This document shows, piece by piece, positions 19,193-26,328 of a DNA stretch of 64,000 nucleotides; the first letter of the stretch is position 1, and each line of letters begins with the position of its first letter. This stretch comes from Candidatus Iainarchaeum sp. (GTDB lineage Archaea > B1Sed10-29 > WALL01): positions 1-64,000 of the forward strand of contig JAGMCR010000012.1 of assembly GCA_023129115.1 (NCBI GenBank), written 5' to 3'. The notes beneath the pieces are model-generated. The model saw nothing but the letters and a program-made list of their open reading frames with translations. It made no database searches and was not told the DNA's origin. The translations under genes were made by a program, and so were the position numbers.

Positions 19193-19824
19193 AAAAGCTC
19201 GTCATCAACTTCAAGGCATACCAGGAAAGCACTGGGGCCAGTGCCGTGGAGCTGGCGCGCAAAATCGCTGGCGTGAGCAGCGAAGTCATTCTCTGCCCAC
19301 AGTACTTCGACATCAAGGAAATAGCCGGCCTCGGGAACCCGGTCTACGCGCAGCACGTCGATGCCCTGTCGTTTGGGAGCAGGACGGGCTGGATAGTGCC
19401 CGAGGCAGTGAAGGCTGCCGGTGCCGTGGGCACGCTGATAAACCATTCCGAGCACACTGTCGGGATTGGGAAGGCCGGCGAGGCAGTGAAGAGGTGCAGG
19501 GAAGCCAAGGTGCAGAGCCTTGTTTGCGTGCCGGACGTTGCCGCGGTTGTTGAGGCAGCCAAGCTCGAGCCGGACATGATTGCAATCGAGCCGCCGGAAC
19601 TGATTGGCAGCGGCATAAGCGTCTCGCAGGCACAGCCCAAGCTGATTGAGGAAGCGGTCGAGAGCGCGGGGGGCGTCACCCTGCTCTGCGGCGCGGGGGT
19701 CAGCACGGCCGAGGACGTCAAGAAGGCCGTCGGGCTCGGGGCAGAAGGGGTGCTCGTCGCGTCCGCAATTGTGAAAAGCCCGGAGCCAGAAAAGCTCGTG
19801 GGCGAAATGGTGAAAGAATTATGA
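19189..19824 (+). CDS. tpiA: Triosephosphate isomerase (archaeal type)
   Basis: INFKAY, NHSEH, EPPELIG, GVLVASA. Confidence 0.95.
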   Translation: MKKLVINFKAYQESTGASAVELARKIAGVSSEVILCPQYFDIKEIAGLGNPVYAQHVDALSFGSRTGWIVPEAVKAAGAVGTLINHSEHTVGIGKAGEAVKRCREAKVQSLVCVPDVAAVVEAAKLEPDMIAIEPPELIGSGISVSQAQPKLIEEAVESAGGVTLLCGAGVSTAEDVKKAVGLGAEGVLVASAIVKSPEPEKLVGEMVKEL

Positions 19825-20705
19825 TAGTCGTTGGGAAAGACGGGTTCTCGGAAGGGCTGGCCAAAGAGCTGGGAGTGAAACATGTGGAACTTGAGACCAG
19901 GACGTTCCCTAACTCCGAGATAAACCCCCGCGTCATGGGCGAAGTGAAGGGCGAGAAAGCCCTCGTCGTGCTCCGCACCGGCTCGCAGGACAAGCACCAC
20001 CCCAACAAGCTCGTCATTGAAACTTTTTTGGTTGTGATGCAGCTGAAGGAGATGGGGGCGGAGCCCGTTGTGGTGTGGCCGTGGTTCCCGTACTCCCTGC
20101 AGGACGAGTCGTTCAGGGAAGGCGAGCCCAAGAGCGCGGAATACGTGCTGGACATGCTGCACGCGGCTGGTGCCACTGCGTTCTTCACAGTGTCCGCCCA
20201 CATGGACCGCGGCGAAGGCAAGATGGAGTACTACACCAAAATGCCGTGCTACACCATGAGCGGGTTCGAGGCAATCGCCGAATACCTCAAGGGAAAAGTC
20301 GATGCGCCAGTGGTCATTGGCCCGGACTTTACTTCGGGCGAGTCCGCCAAGGAAGTCCAGGCAGTGCTCGGCGGAAAAGTGAACTCCGTGGAAAAAGCGC
20401 GGGACAAGGAGACCGGCGAAACAGAAATCACGAAACACGACGTCAAGGAACTGGGGGGGAAAGACGTCGTGATTGTAGACGACATCGCGAACACCGGCGG
20501 GACACTGGCCGGGGCAATCAAGCTCTGCAAGGAAAACGGCGCCACGAAAGTGGTGAGCTGTGTCGTGCACCCACTGCTCGCGGATGACTGCCTGGAAAAG
20601 GTCTCCGGCGAGGGAGAGTTCGTGGCGACGGATACTATCGATTCGCCCATCTCGAAAATAACTGTCGTGCCTGCGTTTGCAGGGTTTATTCAGAAGCAGC
20701 CCTGA
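19821..20705 (+). CDS. prs: Ribose-phosphate pyrophosphokinase
   Basis: FPNSE, PYSLQD..F..GE, VVIVDDIANTGGTL. Confidence 0.92.
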   Translation: MIVVGKDGFSEGLAKELGVKHVELETRTFPNSEINPRVMGEVKGEKALVVLRTGSQDKHHPNKLVIETFLVVMQLKEMGAEPVVVWPWFPYSLQDESFREGEPKSAEYVLDMLHAAGATAFFTVSAHMDRGEGKMEYYTKMPCYTMSGFEAIAEYLKGKVDAPVVIGPDFTSGESAKEVQAVLGGKVNSVEKARDKETGETEITKHDVKELGGKDVVIVDDIANTGGTLAGAIKLCKENGATKVVSCVVHPLLADDCLEKVSGEGEFVATDTIDSPISKITVVPAFAGFIQKQP

Positions 20706-21318
20706 GCTCCGCGATTGCCGCGGCGCGGTCTTGTTTTCCAAAGATTGCAGTGCCAGCGACGGCAACGTCGACGCCTGCGCCGACGACTCTTTTGATGTTG
20801 CCGGCGGTGATGCCGCCGTCGACCTCGATAGTCCCGGAAAAGTTTTTCTTGAGCCACTCGATTTTCTGGATTGACGACTCCATGAATTCCTGGCCGCCCC
20901 ACCCCGGGTTGACGCTCATCACGAGCACGACATCTGCCTCGGAAAGCACCGGCTCAATGGTTTCCACGGGGGTCGGCGGGTTGATTGACACTCCGGACTT
21001 GATGCCGTGGCCGCGGATTTGCCTCAGGTGCGCGGCGAGGTCGGTGCTCGCCTCTGCGTGGATGGTTATCAAGTCGCTCCCCGCGTCGGCGAATGCTTTG
21101 ATTTGCTTTTCCGGTGACTCAATCATTAGGTGTGAGTCGAAAAATAGCTTGCTTTTTTCGCGTAGTGACTCCACTACTTCAACGCCGAAGGTCGTGGGCG
21201 GGACGAATTTGCCGTCCATCACGTCGAAGTGCAGCCAGTCCGCTGACTCCACTGACTTGACTTCTTCCGCGAGCCGGGAAAAGTCGGCGGCCAGCACGGA
21301 AGGCGCTATCAACACCAT
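20686..21318 (-). CDS. rpe: Ribulose-phosphate 3-epimerase
   Basis: IAPSVLAADF, HFDVMDG, MSVNPGWGGQ, EVDGGI. Confidence 0.96.
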   Translation of the reverse strand: MVLIAPSVLAADFSRLAEEVKSVESADWLHFDVMDGKFVPPTTFGVEVVESLREKSKLFFDSHLMIESPEKQIKAFADAGSDLITIHAEASTDLAAHLRQIRGHGIKSGVSINPPTPVETIEPVLSEADVVLVMSVNPGWGGQEFMESSIQKIEWLKKNFSGTIEVDGGITAGNIKRVVGAGVDVAVAGTAIFGKQDRAAAIAELRAASE

Positions 21319-21357
21319 ACGCGTTTTTAATGAAATCGGGGTATAAAAGCTTGCACC

Positions 21358-21430
21358 GCCTCGGTAGCTCAGCTGGTAGAGCGCTGGTCTTGTAAACCAG
21401 AGGTCGGGGGTTCAACTCCCTCCCGGGGCT
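21358..21430 (+). tRNA. tRNA-Thr(TGT)
   Basis: CTGGT-CT TGT AA-ACCAG anticodon arm. Confidence 0.93.
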
Positions 21431-21433
21431 TTG

Positions 21434-22039
21434 ATGAATAGCACGATTGAGGAAGCTGTTTCCGCCATCAGGGAAGGCGGGATGGCCGTTGTGGTTGACC
21501 GCGAGGACCGCGAGAACGAGGGAGACCTCGTCATGGCTGCTGAATATGTTACTCCTGAAAAAATCAACTTCATGCTCAAGAACGCGCGCGGGATAATCTG
21601 CGTGCCCATGACGCGGGAAAGGCTTGGGGAACTCAAGATTCCGCCCATGGTCGAGGACAACACCGACCGCATGGGCACAGGGTTTACTGTGACCGTCGAC
21701 TACCGCGCGGGCACGACGACCGGGGTTTCTGCTTCTGACAGAGCCGCAACAATCAAGGCGCTCGCCGACCCTTCCTCAAAGCCAGAAGACTTCAGCCGCC
21801 CCGGGCACGTTTTTCCTCTGATGGCGAGCCCTGGCGGATTCTCTGAGCGGCAGGGCCACACCGAGGCCGCGCTGGAGCTCGTGAAGATGGTGGGGGTTGC
21901 GCCAGTGGCAGTGATTTGCGAGATAATGGCGGATGACGGGAGCATGGCCAAGGGAAAAGAGCTCGAGGAATTCGCGGAAGCGCACGGCCTGCCGCTGGTG
22001 AGCGTGCCCCAGCTCGCCGGGTACAGGGGTTTGGAATGA
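21434..22039 (+). CDS. ribB: 3,4-dihydroxy-2-butanone 4-phosphate synthase
   Basis: DRENEGDL, TTGVSASDR, RPGHVFPL, GHTEAA, CEI. Confidence 0.95.
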   Translation: MNSTIEEAVSAIREGGMAVVVDREDRENEGDLVMAAEYVTPEKINFMLKNARGIICVPMTRERLGELKIPPMVEDNTDRMGTGFTVTVDYRAGTTTGVSASDRAATIKALADPSSKPEDFSRPGHVFPLMASPGGFSERQGHTEAALELVKMVGVAPVAVICEIMADDGSMAKGKELEEFAEAHGLPLVSVPQLAGYRGLE

Positions 22040-22476
22040 CTGACGAGGGCTTCATGCGGCTTGCAATTGAAGAGTCTGGGAAGAGCAGCATAGACCTGGA
22101 AGATGGTTCTGACAACAAGTTCACTGTCGGGTGCGTGATAGTCAAGGGCGGGGAAGTCGTGGGCACTGGCTACACTGGCGAAGAGCCGTTCAGGACGCAC
22201 GCCGAGGAAACCGCAATCCGGAAGGCGGGCGATGTGGCGGGCGCAGTGCTTTACTCGACCATGGAGCCGTGCAGCATCCGCCTGTTCACCGGCGAAAAGC
22301 CGTGCGTTGAATGGATTATCGGGGCGGGGATTACGCGCGTGGTGTACGGCGCGAAGGAGCCGGGCACTTACGTGAACTGCCGCGGGCATGAACTGCTCGA
22401 GAAAGCGGGGGTCGAGGTTGTGCAGCTGAAGGGCATGGAAGAGGAATGCCTTGAGGCGTGTGGGGCGGGCGAATGA
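22036..22476 (+). CDS. Zn-dependent deaminase (RibD N-terminal / cytidine deaminase fold)
   Basis: HAEE...STMEPC...KPC motifs. Confidence 0.85.
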   Translation: MTDEGFMRLAIEESGKSSIDLEDGSDNKFTVGCVIVKGGEVVGTGYTGEEPFRTHAEETAIRKAGDVAGAVLYSTMEPCSIRLFTGEKPCVEWIIGAGITRVVYGAKEPGTYVNCRGHELLEKAGVEVVQLKGMEEECLEACGAGE

Positions 22477-23324
22477 GCTGGCTCGTGCTCGTGCTGTTGA
22501 GCGTGCTTCTTTCGGGTATCGGCGCGGCCATAAACCGGTACGTGCTCCGCGACGAGCATGTTTATAGCTATAGTTTTCTCTTCACTTTTTTGTCGAGCCT
22601 GTTTTTTGTGCCGCTCATGCTGACAGAAGAAATCATTCTGCCGCAGACGACCGGGGGGTGGCTCATCGTCCTGGCCGCGGGAGTCCTTTGGTGGACCATC
22701 AACATAATCGGGTTCATGGGCATCAGCAAGACGGATGTCACGCTCAGCAAGCCGCTCGCCTCCTCGAAAGTTGTGATTGTTTTCCTGCTGTCCGTGCTCG
22801 TGCTCGGCGAGGCGGTGACGGCGGGGAAGATAATCGGCACGATTCTGGTCATGGCCGGGATGCTCGTGCTGACGTGGAAAAAGGGGTGGTTCACGCACCT
22901 CCGCAGCGAGGGGGTGCAGCTCTTGCTCGCGGCGGCAGTGATTATGTCGGTCGTACACGTGCTCGACAAGTACAACATGGGCGTGGTGTCGCCGAACTTT
23001 TATGGGTTCTTGATGTACTTCATTCCCGCGATTCCCTTGGGCGTGATGGCTGCGTTCCGCCTGCCGAAACTGAAGCAGACCATCCAAAACAAGTGGAAGG
23101 CGGCCGTGCTCGTGGCGGTTTGTTACGGCGCGATGTATTACTTCATTCTCCAGGCGTACAGGCTCGCCGACCTCAACGCCATTTATCCCATACTCCAGCT
23201 CGCGACTTTGGTGACCATGGGCATGGCGTACTTCTGGCTCAAGGAAAAGGCGGAGTTCAGGCAGCGCGTGGCCGGGGCGGCGCTTATGATTCTCGGGGCC
23301 GTGCTAGTGACGCTGGGTGCATGA
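22473..23324 (+). CDS. DMT/EamA family transporter
   Basis: Ten TM helices, LGEAVT and LKEK repeat ends. Confidence 0.85.
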   Translation: MSWLVLVLLSVLLSGIGAAINRYVLRDEHVYSYSFLFTFLSSLFFVPLMLTEEIILPQTTGGWLIVLAAGVLWWTINIIGFMGISKTDVTLSKPLASSKVVIVFLLSVLVLGEAVTAGKIIGTILVMAGMLVLTWKKGWFTHLRSEGVQLLLAAAVIMSVVHVLDKYNMGVVSPNFYGFLMYFIPAIPLGVMAAFRLPKLKQTIQNKWKAAVLVAVCYGAMYYFILQAYRLADLNAIYPILQLATLVTMGMAYFWLKEKAEFRQRVAGAALMILGAVLVTLGA

Positions 23325-23418
23325 CGACCTGCAGACAGGTCAATTATCTGTCCGTGCCGGTTCGCCGCCAGCGGACTAATAGTTTTTATATACAATCAGA
23401 TAGAATAGTCGCGCAAGC

Positions 23419-23493
23419 GGGTCCGTAGGGTAGTTTGGTTAATCCTACCAGCTTCGGGGGTTGGTGACGGGAGTTCGAATCTCCCCGGACCCA
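23419..23493 (+). tRNA. tRNA-Pro(CGG)
   Basis: CCAGC-TT CGG GG-GTTGG anticodon arm. Confidence 0.92.
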
Positions 23494-23508
23494 TTTCACA
23501 ATTAGGGT

Positions 23509-23595
23509 TGCCTCTGGGCACCCTTGCGGTGCCCAAGCCTACCGCGCCACCTGGCGAATCCCCAAGGATTGTCGGGGCAGCCCAGGTTTGGGCTG
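23509..23595 (+). mobile_element. Family A hairpin element with one inner module
   Basis: TGCCTCT-GGGCACC..GGTGCCC-AAGCCTACCGCGC-CACCTGGCGAATCCCCAAGGATTGTCGGGG-CAGCCCAGGTTTGGGCTG, then GGACCCA (tRNA-Pro 3' end copy). Confidence 0.7.
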
Positions 23596-23680
23596 CTTTG
23601 GACCCACTTATTTTTCTCGGCAAGGCGTATACTCGCGCGTATATTAAGGCCTATTCCGTTTTCTGTTTGTGAGAAAAAAT

Positions 23681-24316
23681 ATGATAAAACAGCAAAAAGC
23701 CTGGGTGGGCCCCACCAAAGCCAGGCTAATAGCAAGGCTTATGGCGGACGGAGCCGTCTACAAAGTTAAGTCTAATTATACCATGAAGTATGAGTGCCAG
23801 GACATGAAATTGTTAGAGTCGTTCGCAAATGACTTCAAAGAAGTCTATGGCCTCAAGCCAAAGAAGGAGTGGAACAAATCCGGAAAGACGGGTAGACTGT
23901 TACCAGGTTACCGGGTTAGGAGCATAGATGCCTACAAAGACCTCGTGTCTTACAGCAGTTACTACTCAAGAAAATGGAGGGTGCCACTAGAAATAATTGG
24001 CGCTTCAAAGGATGTGCAGAAGTGCTTCGTCCAAGCATTCTTTGACGATGAAGGCACGGTTCTGAGAAAAGTCAACCTGCTTCGGATGTATTCTATAAAC
24101 AAACGTGGGCTGGAAGATGTGGGGCTTCTTCTCAGGAGCTTTGGCATACCCCACAAAATCCGGCCGGGCTTTGGTCTAAAGCGGAATGTCTACGCCATCG
24201 AAGTTGTTGGTAGAGAAAAAGTGAGGAAATTCTACTTGACTTTTGGCTCGATGTGCCACAAAAAGAAGGCTGCCATGGAAAGCATTGTAACAAAAACTAA
24301 TAAGCAAGCTTTTTAA
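23681..24316 (+). CDS. Free-standing double-motif LAGLIDADG endonuclease-like protein
   Basis: LIARLMADGAV and FVQAFFDDEGTV motifs about 100 aa apart; no intein splice junctions. Confidence 0.8.
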   Translation: MIKQQKAWVGPTKARLIARLMADGAVYKVKSNYTMKYECQDMKLLESFANDFKEVYGLKPKKEWNKSGKTGRLLPGYRVRSIDAYKDLVSYSSYYSRKWRVPLEIIGASKDVQKCFVQAFFDDEGTVLRKVNLLRMYSINKRGLEDVGLLLRSFGIPHKIRPGFGLKRNVYAIEVVGREKVRKFYLTFGSMCHKKKAAMESIVTKTNKQAF

Positions 24317-24344
24317 ACTATCAAACCTAAAAAACAGCTAGAAC

Positions 24345-24505
24345 CCCCGCTTAGCATAGCCCGGTAATGCGGCCGGCTGTTTCTGAGAGAGACTCCGGTT
24401 TCCTCAGAGGTCATAGGAGGATTGATGCGTTCAACGCAACGCGTCGTTCGAGTCCGCATTGCAGACACCGGCAGATCCCCCGTTCAAATCGGGGAGCGGG
24501 GACCA
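24345..24505 (+). tRNA. tRNA-Tyr(GTA) with two introns (24381-24414 at 35/36; 24417-24466 at 37/38) and encoded CCA
   Basis: C1-G72 acceptor CCCCGCT/AGCGGGG-A-CCA; removing both BHB-bounded inserts gives GCCGG-CT GTA GA-CCGGC. Confidence 0.85.
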
Positions 24506-24523
24506 CATTCTTTTGGTGGAGCC

Positions 24524-25234
24524 ATGAGGCCATACACAAAAAAAGCCGCGAAGTACTATGATTTGCTTCATCACCGCGATGTCAAAGACGCGACGCGGCA
24601 GGTTAAATTGATGGCTAGCTTGTGGCGGAAGAAAACCAAACGGGTGCTCGACGCCGCGTGCGGGACCGGGCGGCTGTCGATTCCGCTAGTGAAAATGGGC
24701 TACGAAGTGACTGGGTTGGACATCACTCCTGCAATGATGGAAGTCGCGAAGCAAAAAAAGGGCAGCGACAAGGTAAGGTTTGTTGTTGGGGATATGTGCA
24801 CCTACAAAGGAAAGAAAAAGTTTGACGCGATTGTGTGCGGAAGCAACACCCTGTGCCATTTGATGACGGACAAGAAGGCGGTCGCGTGCCTCAAGAACTT
24901 CCGGAAAAATCTTGTCAGGGGCGGGACCGTTGTTTTTGACTTGTGGAACTGTGAGAAATGGGGGTACAGCCTGGACGGCAGGAAAACGGTCAGGGAAAAA
25001 GGCGTTACAGTGCACTACACCGCAAAGGACAGGATAGACAAGAAGGCAAACATCCACCAGTGGGAAGACCGCGCGAAAATCGATGACCACGGTGAAAAGC
25101 TTGAGCTGGTTTTCGCGGGAAGATTGAGGTGGAGGCCGGCGGACAAGTGGATTAAGATGCTGGAAAAAGCCGGGTTCAAACACCCTGGCGTGAGGTACGT
25201 GAAGGACAAGATTTACGTCTTCGCAAAGGCGTGA
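24524..25234 (+). CDS. Class I SAM-dependent methyltransferase
   Basis: VLDAACGTG, GLDITPAM, VGDM, FDAIVC. Confidence 0.9.
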   Translation: MRPYTKKAAKYYDLLHHRDVKDATRQVKLMASLWRKKTKRVLDAACGTGRLSIPLVKMGYEVTGLDITPAMMEVAKQKKGSDKVRFVVGDMCTYKGKKKFDAIVCGSNTLCHLMTDKKAVACLKNFRKNLVRGGTVVFDLWNCEKWGYSLDGRKTVREKGVTVHYTAKDRIDKKANIHQWEDRAKIDDHGEKLELVFAGRLRWRPADKWIKMLEKAGFKHPGVRYVKDKIYVFAKA

Positions 25235-25282
25235 ACGCACTTATTTAAAAAGGGATTGCTCCATAACTATGCCCATACCCAC

Positions 25283-25356
25283 GCCCCTGTAGTGTAGTTG
25301 GTTTATCATCTGGGATTGTCGATCCCAGGACTCGGGTTCGAATCCCGGCGGGGGCG
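25283..25356 (+). tRNA. tRNA-Asp(GTC)
   Basis: TGGGA-TT GTC GA-TCCCA anticodon arm. Confidence 0.93.
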
Positions 25357-25357
25357 C

Positions 25358-25568
25358 TGTCTCTGGGGGCTTTATGCCCCCAAGCCTAACGTGCCACCTG
25401 GCACCTGGCGAATTGCGCTAGGCAATTGCCGGGGCAAATCCCAAAGGATTGTCGGGGCATAACGTGAATCCCGCAGGACCTGGCGAATCCCACAGGATTG
25501 CCGGGGCACCTGGCGAATTTCCCAAAGGAAAACGCCGGGGCATTCTCGTTTGAGCTGAGTTTCAGCTG
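25358..25568 (+). mobile_element. Expanded family A element carrying a tandem array of inner hairpin modules
   Basis: TGTCTCT...AAGCCTAACGTGC + 4-5 CCTGGCGAAT-N-ATTG(C/T)CGGGG modules + AGCTGAGTTTCAGCTG; flanked by AATCCCGGCGGGGGCGC (25341-25357) and AAACCCGGCCCGGGCGC (25569-25585). Confidence 0.7.
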
Positions 25569-25625
25569 AAACCCGGCCCGGGCGCTCGGGGAGCCGTGTG
25601 CTCCCCTCCCCTCGTGGGTTCTAGT

Positions 25626-25684
25626 CTTCCATCGACGCTTTTCCACCGAGCGGCGGCCTTGTGCCGCCGTAGCAGAAAAGAGGG
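25626..25684 (-). repeat. Dispersed hairpin repeat, family C copy 3
   Basis: Reverse complement CCCTCTTTTCTG...CGGTGGAAAAGCGTCGATGGAAG. Confidence 0.7.
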
Positions 25685-25717
25685 AGATTTTTATACTCTT
25701 TTCTCTTTTCCTAACCC

Positions 25718-25969
25718 GTGGACATTGACTACGACATAATCAAGACCGTGCGGGAGCTCGAGAAGGCGGGGCACTCAGAGCCCATTATCGAGAAAAAGCT
25801 CGGCGAAATGGGCTTCTCTGACTCAGACGTCCTGGAAATAATGCGCCTGGCCCAAAGCGTGGACTCTGTAGAGGGCCAGGGCAAGGCAAAAACCGCCTTG
25901 CTGGCCTTGGGGGGCGGATTCGTGGTTCTCGTGGTCGTGATGGCGGTATACGCCCTGTTATTCACCTGA
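25718..25969 (+). CDS. Small tail-anchored hypothetical protein
   Basis: Helical N-domain (LEKAGHSEPIIEKKLGEMGFS) plus C-terminal TM helix. Confidence 0.7.
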   Translation: MDIDYDIIKTVRELEKAGHSEPIIEKKLGEMGFSDSDVLEIMRLAQSVDSVEGQGKAKTALLALGGGFVVLVVVMAVYALLFT

Positions 25970-25974
25970 AAAAA

Positions 25975-25990
25975 CCGAAACGTTTATAAA
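25975..25990 (+). promoter_or_regulatory. Probable BRE-TATA promoter of the RNA polymerase operon
   Basis: CCGAAA-CG-TTTATAAA upstream of rpoH. Confidence 0.6.
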
Positions 25991-26059
25991 GGGAGATTTT
26001 TACAACTCATGCACGCTCCGCTTACTGCTTTCTATGCAAGTTCTTAGGGGGAAATATGC

Positions 26060-26296
26060 GTGCTAGAAGCTGACTTTATCCTCAAGCATTCGCTTGTGCC
26101 CAAGCACGAGGTAATGTCCGACACTTCTGTTGAGAGGCTGTTCAAGAAGTACAAGCTCAGCAAAGACCAGCTCCCGCGCATAAAGAACACTGACCCGGTA
26201 GTCGACGCCATAGGCGCCAAGAAGGGCCAGGTCCTCAAGATTTCCCGCGACTCAATCACTGCAGGGAAAGCAGTTACTTACCGCATTGTAGTCTAA
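26060..26296 (+). CDS. rpoH: RNA polymerase subunit H (Rpo5)
   Basis: HSLVPKHE, QLPRI...DPV, YRIVV. Confidence 0.96.
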   Translation: MLEADFILKHSLVPKHEVMSDTSVERLFKKYKLSKDQLPRIKNTDPVVDAIGAKKGQVLKISRDSITAGKAVTYRIVV

Positions 26297-26328
26297 GTGC
26301 GGCTGGGGCTGCCGAGTAGGTGAGAAAA

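Noticed and set aside
23326-23377. Two small hairpins after the EamA gene as another element copy
   Set aside because: No shared linker or terminal motif and no flanking duplication; may be an ordinary terminator.
24417-24466. Third nested intron or C/D guide inside Tyr intron 2
   Set aside because: GGAU/GUUC pairing and a GAG bulge exist, but the second bulge and inner helix are out of register, and no clear C/D box pair is present.
24345-24505. tRNA-Asn(GTT) or pseudo-tRNA reading
   Set aside because: C1-G72 and A73 are Tyr identity elements, and both inserts are BHB-bounded, giving a GTA anticodon.
25395-25545. CRISPR array
   Set aside because: Units are self-complementary hairpins with 8-13 nt variable loops, with no constant repeats separated by 30-40 nt unique spacers and no cas genes.
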